Source: Candidatus Hermodarchaeota archaeon (GTDB lineage: Archaea; Asgardarchaeota; Heimdallarchaeia; Hodarchaeales; Hodarchaeaceae). Taken from it: a stretch of DNA of 32,000 bases. Made by a program: the position numbers and the translations under genes. The stretch covers positions 97,981 to 129,980 of the forward strand of contig JBHLKY010000012.1 of assembly GCA_048886185.1 (NCBI GenBank). Reading direction: 5' to 3'. The notes beneath the pieces are model-generated. The model was not told the origin of the DNA and did no database searches. It saw only the letters and a list, made by a program, of their open reading frames with translations. Positions 9,120-17,691 of this stretch are shown one piece after another. Numbering within the stretch: position 1 is the first letter of the stretch; every line of letters starts with the position of its first letter.

Positions 9120-9387
9120 TCTAATTTCCTCGTTTTTACAAGAAGTCTTTACTTAATAAAGATTCAAGTATCTTTTCACTTTCTCAAGTGATTTAAGATT
9201 TTCCAAATTGCAGAACATATGGCTTGCTATAAAAGCTATTCAATTTTTTTGCTTTTTTCCGGTTACCCGTCCTATACCTGTTAGCTGTTTAAAATTTATA
9301 AAAAATAATTCTCGTTTTAATGACTCATTAAAGATTTAGCCAAAACAATAGAAAATATGGTACGAAGAAGGAAGTGCTGATAAACTT

Positions 9388-10032
9388 TCATTGATGAAAC
9401 TCTTTATGGTCTAATTCCCCCAATTTAACACGAATCAAAAGAAATAGACACCAACTTGGTAAGAGGAACATCATCGAAAAAGCAGATTGAAATTCTACAT
9501 CACAAGCAATTATTGCTAGAACCACTCCCATAAAAAGGGGAATATGCTGGATTAATCTAATTAGTGGTTTAAAATTGAGAAAATATCGAGTATAGGATAT
9601 TAAGATTAAAAATAATCCTTTCAGTAAATAAATAACAGCAAAATCACGAAAAAATAGGCTTGGATTCAAAAAATATGTAAAGAAAATAATCTCTGCTGCC
9701 AAAATACTTAGAAAACTTCCCAAACAACCAGAGCATATCGAGTAATTTCGGATTTGGATTTCATGATCAAGACGAAGTTTGTCTGGATGATGACTGAGAT
9801 TTACAGAAAAGGAAGGAATGCCTCCTGAAAGAAACAGCTGTAAATGAAGAAGCCTAGGAATGATAGCTGCGCCACTAAACAGAAATAGTCCAATTATAAA
9901 TTGTCTTGTAACCCATTCCTTGTCTAAAGGACTTGAAAAATTCTGATTTAAAAGAGTAGTAACAAGAATACTGATTATCAAGATAAAGAAGGGAGTACCA
10001 ACAATGAGTGCCTTTTTTGTCAAGTTATTCAA
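9388..10032 (-). CDS. Membrane protein with an HHP...CxxC motif (DUF2085-like)
   Basis: About 6 TM helices and SHHPD...YSICSGCLG, which resembles the H..P.R...CARCTG pattern of DUF2085. Confidence 0.55.
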   Translation of the reverse strand: MNNLTKKALIVGTPFFILIISILVTTLLNQNFSSPLDKEWVTRQFIIGLFLFSGAAIIPRLLHLQLFLSGGIPSFSVNLSHHPDKLRLDHEIQIRNYSICSGCLGSFLSILAAEIIFFTYFLNPSLFFRDFAVIYLLKGLFLILISYTRYFLNFKPLIRLIQHIPLFMGVVLAIIACDVEFQSAFSMMFLLPSWCLFLLIRVKLGELDHKEFHQ

Positions 10033-10143
10033 TTATCATTCCCCTTAATTAGCCGATCTATATTAAGGGAAATGAAATTTAAAACTACCTATGAACTTAT
10101 ATTCCTAGAGTTGATAAGGAATAAAACTCACGAGACGAGTTAA

Positions 10144-11139
10144 ATGAAAGTCATGGTTACTGGTGGTACGGGATTTGTTGGAAGTCACATTGTTGATGCT
10201 TTGGAGAAACATTTTCCTACCTCAAATATTTCCTTAATAGTTCGTGATATATCAAAAGCAAAAATGAGGGCAGAGGCCGGAATAACACTTTTCCAAGGAG
10301 ATATGACGGATTCTAAGTCGCTAATCTTAGCTATATCAACTTTTCAACCTAATGTAATTGTCCATACTGCAGCGTTAGCAGATGATTGGGCTCCTCTCTC
10401 ACAATTAATTGCCGTCAATGCGCAAGGTACTCAAAATATTATTGATGCAATGCTTCAATCAAACAATGCTAAATTTTTAATACACATATCTTCATCAGGA
10501 GTTTACCCACGAAAAGCTTCGATTCACCTGACTGAAGATACTCCTTATGGTCCATATGGAAATTATCATAAATCTAAATTAATTGCAGAAGAAAAAGTAC
10601 GGACTTATATAGAAAAAAAACTTCTAAACGCAACAATACTGCGTCCCCCCAATGTTATGGGGATTAGGGATTTTACTCACATGGCAAAGATATGTCAGGC
10701 GATTAAAGAGAGAAAATTTCCTATTATAAACGAAGGGAAAGCCATACAAACATGGGTAGCCGCAGAGGATCTGGCACAAGCTGTAATTCTTATTATTAAT
10801 CAACAAAAAAAAGCCAACGGCAAAATATATAATGTTAAATCCTTTGAAATTTCTGTTAAGGAACTCTACGACCAAATTGCTTTAAAACTAAATATCTTAG
10901 AATCCCCTAGGAATTACCCCTACTTCCTTGTTTATCCTTTAGGTGTTATTTCAGAGATCTTAGGTAAAATTAGAGGAAAACCATCTACCCTTAATCGCTA
11001 TAGAGTCATTAAATTTGCCAAGGATCGCTTATTTGATGATTCAAAAATACAATCAGAATTAGGTTATCAACCTAAAGCTTCAGCTCATGATACTATCATG
11101 AATACGGTGGAGTGGCTACAAAAAGAAGGAATAATCTAG
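10144..11139 (+). CDS. Extended SDR, NAD-dependent epimerase/dehydratase (3-beta-HSD-like)
   Basis: TGGTGFVG, HTAA, HISSSGVY, YHKSK (YxxxK) and LRPPNVMG. Confidence 0.9.
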   Translation: MKVMVTGGTGFVGSHIVDALEKHFPTSNISLIVRDISKAKMRAEAGITLFQGDMTDSKSLILAISTFQPNVIVHTAALADDWAPLSQLIAVNAQGTQNIIDAMLQSNNAKFLIHISSSGVYPRKASIHLTEDTPYGPYGNYHKSKLIAEEKVRTYIEKKLLNATILRPPNVMGIRDFTHMAKICQAIKERKFPIINEGKAIQTWVAAEDLAQAVILIINQQKKANGKIYNVKSFEISVKELYDQIALKLNILESPRNYPYFLVYPLGVISEILGKIRGKPSTLNRYRVIKFAKDRLFDDSKIQSELGYQPKASAHDTIMNTVEWLQKEGII

Positions 11140-11156
11140 ATACAGGTTGTAATAGT

Positions 11157-11654
11157 ATGGAAGCTCTATATATTATTAGAACACTTTGCTATGCCCTTGA
11201 GAATCAACTTCATTTTGTTACTAAAGATTTAACTATCGAAGATCAACGATGGAGACCAGAAATTGGCTCCCCAGCCATTGGATGGTTAGTTGGTCATATA
11301 TTAATTAATCATGATTTTATCGTTAATCACCGCTTTTGTAAGAACTCATTGGTCCTTCCAGAAGATTACAGTATGAATTTCGGGATGAGTTCTAGCGGAG
11401 ACTTTCCTGAACAATTCACGCTAGATGATCTTTTCACGAAATTTAAACTGATCAATGGAGAAATAACTAAATTTATAGCTGAAAAAACTGATGATTGGCT
11501 CGAAGAATCTTATGATGACTCTGGATTCCCACCGAATTGGCAGAATAAGAATATCGGTAAGGGGTTTATTTTACATTTTAACCATGAATTTACTCATACG
11601 GGGCAAATCTTAGAGGTTCGACGTATGCGAGGACGAGGTGCCTGGGGATTTTAA
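11157..11654 (+). CDS. DinB/YfiT superfamily protein
   Basis: WLVGHI and HEFTHTGQI His motifs. ATG at 11157 preferred over the overlapping start at 11112. Confidence 0.85.
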   Translation: MEALYIIRTLCYALENQLHFVTKDLTIEDQRWRPEIGSPAIGWLVGHILINHDFIVNHRFCKNSLVLPEDYSMNFGMSSSGDFPEQFTLDDLFTKFKLINGEITKFIAEKTDDWLEESYDDSGFPPNWQNKNIGKGFILHFNHEFTHTGQILEVRRMRGRGAWGF

Positions 11655-11688
11655 ATAGCTTTGTCCATTAAGGAATGAGGAAATATTT

Positions 11689-12711
11689 TTGCATCAACAA
11701 ATGGAAAGATTATTCAAAGTCGAATGGACAGCGCAGGAATTATTGAAACGATTCGAAAAATCTGGACCGTTAATTGAACCAATAATCAATATTACTCCAT
11801 ATAATGCCAGTGATGAAGAATTTATTTCAAAACCTACCAATTATCTTATTATTCAGGGTTCTTTTGATCCTCCAACGACATCCCACATAGAAATACTCTC
11901 TAAAGCAATCAGTTTCCGCTTGAACATGGACCCATCAGAAGCTATAAAAGTTATGTTTCTACTCTCTCTTTCTCATGTGGATAAAAAGCTTAATGTTTTG
12001 AATCGGTCATTATTGGGAAATCGAGTGGAAATGTTAAAGGATTTACTTCCCTCTCTCAAGTTAAAACTTCCCATCATAATCGGATTATCAAATGTGGCAC
12101 GATATATTGATCTTATTAAAGCTATAAATCACTCTTTCAATGATCTAAAGGATATATTTTTTATTATGGGTATGGACGTTTTTAAAAAGCTTTTAGACCC
12201 TATTTATTATTCAAAATCCTTAGAAGAAGTATTAATCCTTATTTTCAAAGCAGATTATATTGTTGCTGGTCGAGAAGAAGTTTTCACAAAAGAAGAATTC
12301 GATTCATATCTCATCAATCACTTACCCACCAAATATCACAAAAAAGTTCATTTTTTATCATTACCAGAATCCTACAGGTTCCTTAATGCGACATCTATTC
12401 GTGAAAGGTACTTTAGAAATCAACCCGTTGAAAATAAGTATATTCATTCAACAATAAGGAAATATTTAGAGAATAATAATATATACAATTCAACTTCGAA
12501 ATGGATAGCAACAAAAATAGCAATCCAGACAGTTGTTCAATTGACACTAGAAGCTGATCTGGATCAGATAATCGCCATTAAAATATTAAGAAATCTAATC
12601 CACGATATTCAAGATAATGCATCATTACAAAAACAACTGATAGATGATTATCGCACAGAAAAAAATACTGAAATTTCAAAGAGATGGGAAAAATTACTCA
12701 CTCTAATTTAA
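11689..12711 (+). CDS. Nicotinate/nicotinamide mononucleotide adenylyltransferase (NadD/Pof1-like) with a C-terminal helical extension
   Basis: GSFDPPTTSH (T/HxxH-type motif), LSLSHVDK, RVEML, IMGMDVFKKLLDPIYY and NATSIR. Adjacent to a PncC-like gene. Confidence 0.78.
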   Translation: MHQQMERLFKVEWTAQELLKRFEKSGPLIEPIINITPYNASDEEFISKPTNYLIIQGSFDPPTTSHIEILSKAISFRLNMDPSEAIKVMFLLSLSHVDKKLNVLNRSLLGNRVEMLKDLLPSLKLKLPIIIGLSNVARYIDLIKAINHSFNDLKDIFFIMGMDVFKKLLDPIYYSKSLEEVLILIFKADYIVAGREEVFTKEEFDSYLINHLPTKYHKKVHFLSLPESYRFLNATSIRERYFRNQPVENKYIHSTIRKYLENNNIYNSTSKWIATKIAIQTVVQLTLEADLDQIIAIKILRNLIHDIQDNASLQKQLIDDYRTEKNTEISKRWEKLLTLI

Positions 12712-12731
12712 TAAAAAACCTCCAAAAAATT

Positions 12732-13289
12732 ATGCGTGTATCAGATGACCAATTAGTTCCCTCCTATGCAGTAACTTATGGATTACTCCATGAATATACT
12801 AAAAAGAATATTATTCCTTTGATTCACCAAAGAGAAATAACCCTAGCAATTGTCGAATTAACTACATGTGGGCTTATTAGTGATCTATTAACAGGATCTA
12901 GTGGTGCTTCACGCATTTTTATTATCGGAATAATTCCTTATTCTAATGAGATGAAAATTAAACTAGGAATACCTCGAGAAGACTTAGCGTTCGGAGGTTA
13001 TGGTGTTGCTTCCCCAGAAACGGCTAAAAAACTATCACAGCGAATAAAAGATTTCTCTGGGGCAAAGCTTGGTCTCGCAGAAACAGGATTAATAACATCA
13101 TCAGAATTGAAAAGAAAAAAAACTGATAAAAAAGCAGGTGAAGTATACACAGCGATCACTTTTGAGGAGGAGATATCAGTAAAAAAAATATCTGTTCAGA
13201 GAGACCTAAAACGTCGCGAGATGCGTCAGGAAATAGCTTTTCAGGTTTTACAGTTCCTAGAATCATTTCTTCTTAACAATGATGGATAA
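12732..13289 (+). CDS. CinA C-terminal/PncC (NMN deamidase) family protein with degenerate motifs
   Basis: GASRIF..GII.YSNEMK.KLGIP, G.GVAS.ETA and AETG match the CinA domain, but AESCTGG reads VELTTCG. ATG at 12732 preferred. Confidence 0.78.
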   Translation: MRVSDDQLVPSYAVTYGLLHEYTKKNIIPLIHQREITLAIVELTTCGLISDLLTGSSGASRIFIIGIIPYSNEMKIKLGIPREDLAFGGYGVASPETAKKLSQRIKDFSGAKLGLAETGLITSSELKRKKTDKKAGEVYTAITFEEEISVKKISVQRDLKRREMRQEIAFQVLQFLESFLLNNDG

Positions 13290-13308
13290 TTAACTTAGAA
13301 CCTAATGA

Positions 13309-14856
13309 TTAACTGTTAACTTTGTAGATGACATCAATAAGTGTTCCATCACGAAATTCAACTGCGGTACAAATTTGATCTGTAAAATCAGGTTCGGGAG
13401 GAGAAGCCTGACTATAAGCCATCTCCTTTAATTCGGCGATATCAAGAATCGGGATACCTGCTTCTCGTAATTTTCTGGTTAAATCCTCTCGAGCTGGGTT
13501 AACAGCTATCCCTGCATCGGTTATCAAAACATCAATCATTTCACCAGGTGTAGAAACGGTCGTAACACGTTCACGTACTATTGGTACCTTTCTAGCTATA
13601 GGACAAGTGATGATTGTTAATTTAGCTGCAGCTGCATCTGTATGGCCGCCGATGCCATGAAGCAAAACTCCATCCGAATGTGTATTCACATTTACGTTGA
13701 AATCTACATCAATTTCAGTTGCTCCCAAAGCAACAACATCAACAAAATGCGCAAGAGGCCCTCCAGGATTCCAGATATTGTAAGAATTCTGAGCAGACCA
13801 CTCATAATGACATGGATTTTCTCTCAAGGATTTTGCTGCGATTAGATCGAATGATTGACCGTCAAATATTTTTTTGACTAATCCTTCTTCCAGTAACTTA
13901 ACTGCAGCTCCAGTTACCCCACCATGAATGAATGACCCTTGAATCTCTCTTTCAATCATTAGTTCGTGTAAAAATTGAATTGTGGCAAGTGAAACTCCTC
14001 CAGCTCCAGCCTGAAATGAAAATCCCTCCTTTAAATACCCTGCTGCCTCCGCGATTCGTACAACCTGTTCAGCAATTGTTAAATGACTTTGTGATATATC
14101 TCTGGAACTAAGAGTTCCAGCAACAATCTTACTAGGATCTCCTATACGATCTACTGTCACAATATAATCAACTCTAGAACCCTTAATACTAACAGGATAT
14201 ACAGGTTCATCAGTTAGAAGATTATCAGTAACTAGAACTACTTTATTAGCGTAGAGAGAATCAGTATCATTAGCAAAACCATTAGCACCATAAGCGGAGG
14301 GCCCTTGGCAACCATTCATGTTACCCATTTCATCCGCAGCAGGAGCAGCTATGAAGGAAACATCAAGTTTAAGTTCCCCAACTTCAACAGCGCGAGCTCT
14401 TCCACCATGAGACCGTAAACTTGTTGGAATATTTATCTCGCCTGTTGAGACAGCTTTTCCGATAGGACCATTCATAGAACCAGAAATTGCCCCAATAACT
14501 CCTGAATGAATGTGTTCTATGAGAGGTTCATGATTGGGAAATAGAGCGGTAGATGCTAATGTTAAATTCTTGAAACCCATGGCAGCTATTGTGTCCATTA
14601 CCTCACAAATAACGTAATCACCATATCTGAGATTATGGATAAAACCAATGGTCATACCATCTTGGAGCTTCACCTTGGAGATTACCTGTTCTAAATCATC
14701 AAAAATTCGCTTTGTTTTTGCTGTAGTAATTTGTGGGGAATACTTTCGACCAACTTTTGTTCCTGTAGGTACAGTTGAATAGGCTCCTAAATATGGGGTA
14801 TATGTTCTACCGAAAACATTTTTTGGTACATCTCTCTGAACAGCATTTACAACCAT
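13309..14856 (-). CDS. citF: Citrate lyase alpha subunit / citrate CoA-transferase (CitF family)
   Basis: HNLRYGD, RSHGGRARA, FQAGAGG, LGATEIDVDFNVNV, GGHTDAA and EFRDGTLIDV. ATG at 14856 after AGGT. Confidence 0.88.
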   Translation of the reverse strand: MVVNAVQRDVPKNVFGRTYTPYLGAYSTVPTGTKVGRKYSPQITTAKTKRIFDDLEQVISKVKLQDGMTIGFIHNLRYGDYVICEVMDTIAAMGFKNLTLASTALFPNHEPLIEHIHSGVIGAISGSMNGPIGKAVSTGEINIPTSLRSHGGRARAVEVGELKLDVSFIAAPAADEMGNMNGCQGPSAYGANGFANDTDSLYANKVVLVTDNLLTDEPVYPVSIKGSRVDYIVTVDRIGDPSKIVAGTLSSRDISQSHLTIAEQVVRIAEAAGYLKEGFSFQAGAGGVSLATIQFLHELMIEREIQGSFIHGGVTGAAVKLLEEGLVKKIFDGQSFDLIAAKSLRENPCHYEWSAQNSYNIWNPGGPLAHFVDVVALGATEIDVDFNVNVNTHSDGVLLHGIGGHTDAAAAKLTIITCPIARKVPIVRERVTTVSTPGEMIDVLITDAGIAVNPAREDLTRKLREAGIPILDIAELKEMAYSQASPPEPDFTDQICTAVEFRDGTLIDVIYKVNS

Positions 14857-14991
14857 TAAAATCAACCTGTAAGAAAAAAACTGATTTAAAAACCAGATAT
14901 AGGGTGAATAAAAAAAGGACAAAAATCTTATGACGAAAGTAATAGGATTACCCTAGATTTGAATACTGTTGAAAAAAGGTGAAGAAAATCA

Positions 14992-15729
14992 CTAATGCCC
15001 CAGAATAACAATAAATGCAAGCGCTACTCCAAGAATAAACGTGGTAAGACTATATTTTGGCGTACCTGTTTCTGATTCAGGTAATAACTGACTAGCACCG
15101 ACATACATTAAAGCACCTGCGGATAGTGCTAGTAAAACTCCTAATTGAACATCTCCAAGAGTAGTAACAAAAGGAAAAGCAACAATAGCGCCCAAAGGAG
15201 TGGAGATAGCAGCAACTAACAATGAATATATTAAAGATCTCTTTTCGCTGAAACCAGCTTCTCTTAAAACCAGAAATGTAATTATACCCTCTGGAATTTC
15301 ATGAAACACCATTGCAGTCGAAGTTATGATTCCTGTGAACATTCCCACATTGAAGGAAACCATATATACTATCCCATCAACAAAAGAATGGAGGCCAATT
15401 CCCCAAGCTGAAATTATCCCCAAGTTATATTTGTTATTCGGCTCAATTTGTTGTTTAAATGAGTTATGGTTAACCAAAAATCTATCATAAACATGAAGAG
15501 AGAAAAATCCAGTCAATACGAACATTGGAGCTGTAGAATTCAATTCAAGGGATTCAGGAATGATATGTAGAAATGAAACTGTTATTAACAATCCTGAAGC
15601 AAAGCTCATAAAATACACGACATTTTTTTCTCCCCATTCCTTATATTTCCAGATAATAATGATTCCAATACTCGTGCTAATACATGCCATCAAACTAAAA
15701 ATAATTGCAAGTAAGGATTCTGGAAGCAT
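14992..15729 (-). CDS. ZIP family divalent metal transporter
   Basis: 8-TM pattern with HSFVDG and HEIPEG metal motifs. ATG at 15729 after GGAGGG. Confidence 0.92.
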   Translation of the reverse strand: MLPESLLAIIFSLMACISTSIGIIIIWKYKEWGEKNVVYFMSFASGLLITVSFLHIIPESLELNSTAPMFVLTGFFSLHVYDRFLVNHNSFKQQIEPNNKYNLGIISAWGIGLHSFVDGIVYMVSFNVGMFTGIITSTAMVFHEIPEGIITFLVLREAGFSEKRSLIYSLLVAAISTPLGAIVAFPFVTTLGDVQLGVLLALSAGALMYVGASQLLPESETGTPKYSLTTFILGVALAFIVILGH

Positions 15730-15745
15730 TACTGAGAGTACCCTC

Positions 15746-16189
15746 CTATAACCTCTCTTCATTATAACAAATTTTTTCTGTTTTCATCGCTTCTTGAAGT
15801 CTACAATTACTTTCGCAGACGAATTTGTCTTTAAGTGCATTAATAAAACCACAGGAGACAATAGGAGTTAATTGTAATGTTTCCTTTCTTATAAGATCCT
15901 CTGGGAGATCCAAGGTTTCATGAAAATATTTCTCAAGTAAATGCATATGCCAGTTATAATGTAAAGCATGTTCTTTTCCGTTTTCTGTTAACTCTACTGT
16001 CCTATACCGCTCCCAAGAAATAAATTCGCTTTTTTTTAATTTCTTGATCATGGAATGAAAAGATTGTCTTGTTCGGGAAAAACCATATTCACCAGTTAAT
16101 ACTTCAAAAAGATGTCCAGCAGTGATTGGTTTTTCCCTTACATAAAGATATAGCAGAATTAATTTTTCGGAGTTTGAAAGATTCACCAT
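15746..16189 (-). CDS. DtxR/MntR-like metal-dependent transcriptional regulator
   Basis: Winged helix ending in VELTENGKEHA, then H.LLE.YF...L.L as in the DtxR dimerisation domain. Directly upstream of the ZIP gene. Confidence 0.78.
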   Translation of the reverse strand: MVNLSNSEKLILLYLYVREKPITAGHLFEVLTGEYGFSRTRQSFHSMIKKLKKSEFISWERYRTVELTENGKEHALHYNWHMHLLEKYFHETLDLPEDLIRKETLQLTPIVSCGFINALKDKFVCESNCRLQEAMKTEKICYNEERL

Positions 16190-16371
16190 ATTACATCAGC
16201 ATTGAAGACAAATATTTGCAACTAAGAAAAAAAAATGCTAATTACAGCTAGCATCAATATGATTTTTAAAGATGATTTACAAAATTAAAGATACTTTAAA
16301 ATAATAATTAAGAATTATGATGAATTATTGACACAAAAGCTCATAATAAAAAAGATATTAATACCAGATTA

Positions 16372-17232
16372 ATGTCCCATCAACTACAGAGGATTGCAGC
16401 CAATATTCATTTGGTAAAAGGAAAAAACAACGGTAAATTCCCTTTTTCTCATTCCATCCTTGTCTTTAACAATTCAAAAGAAACAACTCTTATTGATACT
16501 GGTTGTGGTATTGAAAATCTCCATTCTCTTACAAATAAATATCTTATAAATTGTGTTATCAATTCTCATACTCACCCTGACCACTCCGCAGGTAATTGGA
16601 TTTTTCAAACCGATACTGAGAAAATTATTGTCCCTGTTGAAGGATTTAAGACAAGTGGGAATATCCTAGCATTGTCGAATAGATTTACTGAACCTGGGAA
16701 GATAGCTAAATATTGGAGAGATAATATCCCAAGAATAATGGGAATGAGGGATTGCAAACCAACTCACAGCTTCGACAAGAAAACAGAATTTGATTTTGGA
16801 GACATTAAACTCCTCCCAATTTACACACCAGGCCATACCATTGATCATTACTGTTTCTATGAACCTAATGACCAAATTTTGTTTTCCTTTGACATAGATC
16901 TGACTGCTTTTGGCCCCTGGTATGGTCACCATGAGTCTAAAATCTCCCAATTTAGAGAATCTATAGTCAAGCTTAAAGAATTAAAAATTAAAGTTCTTAT
17001 ATCATCTCATAAAGGTATTATAACTGAAAATATTTATGGACAACTAGATGATTTTTATCGGAAAATTGAAGAAAGAACAATAAAAATACAGTCTTTATTG
17101 CATGAAGGAGTACGAACTCTAGATCAACTTGTTGAAAAAAAGCCTATCTATGGAGAATTCCCATATGCTGAACCTTTACTTCGTTATTGGGAAAAACAGA
17201 TGATTAAAAAGCATTTAGAAGAGATAGAATAA
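16372..17232 (+). CDS. MBL-fold metallo-hydrolase
   Basis: LIDTG, SHTHPDH, TPGHT..H, FSFD and SSH motifs. Confidence 0.92.
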   Translation: MSHQLQRIAANIHLVKGKNNGKFPFSHSILVFNNSKETTLIDTGCGIENLHSLTNKYLINCVINSHTHPDHSAGNWIFQTDTEKIIVPVEGFKTSGNILALSNRFTEPGKIAKYWRDNIPRIMGMRDCKPTHSFDKKTEFDFGDIKLLPIYTPGHTIDHYCFYEPNDQILFSFDIDLTAFGPWYGHHESKISQFRESIVKLKELKIKVLISSHKGIITENIYGQLDDFYRKIEERTIKIQSLLHEGVRTLDQLVEKKPIYGEFPYAEPLLRYWEKQMIKKHLEEIE

Positions 17233-17253
17233 TTTTATAAGGATGAATAGGGA

Positions 17254-17688
17254 ATGACAAAACGTTTACGTGTTGCATACCTTGAACGATGTGTTGGGTG
17301 TTACCAGTGTACCTTAGCCTGTGCAAGAGTGACTGAAAAACTATTGAGTGTGGATCGTACATCTATATATGTGAGAACTGTCGGGGGTTATGAAGGATCA
17401 TTTGCAGTTATTGTGTGTAGAGGGTGTCTTGATCCACCATGTGTTCCTGTTTGCCCTGTAGAAGGAGCCATTCGTAGGAGGGAAAAAGGAGGAGGAGTTC
17501 TTATCGATCGAAAGATATGTGACTCAGAAAAATGTCGTCAAGAATGTATAGATGCCTGTCCTATACCAGGGGCAATCCATATTGACCCTGATCTCCATAA
17601 TGCAATAGTTTGCAGACAATGTGGTACTTGTATGAAATTCTGTCCTACAGGTGTACTTGTCATGGAGGAACCAAAACCTGGATTCTGA
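17254..17688 (+). CDS. 4Fe-4S polyferredoxin (four clusters), small subunit of the downstream AOR-family enzyme
   Basis: CVGCYQCTLAC, CRGCLDPPCVPVCP, C....CRQECIDACP and CRQCGTCMKFCP. Ends 3 bp before the large subunit starts. Confidence 0.92.
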   Translation: MTKRLRVAYLERCVGCYQCTLACARVTEKLLSVDRTSIYVRTVGGYEGSFAVIVCRGCLDPPCVPVCPVEGAIRRREKGGGVLIDRKICDSEKCRQECIDACPIPGAIHIDPDLHNAIVCRQCGTCMKFCPTGVLVMEEPKPGF

Positions 17689-17691
17689 GAT

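Noticed and set aside
10144-11139. Sterol biosynthesis implied by the 3-beta-HSD-like SDR
   Set aside because: This SDR subfamily is widespread in prokaryotes with non-sterol substrates, and no other sterol genes are in the window.
8179-16950. Short ORFs 8179..8418, 8298..8492, 10624..10875, 12260..12457, 13642..13845, 15560..15751 and 16666..16950
   Set aside because: Nested within or antisense to longer genes with clear family motifs.
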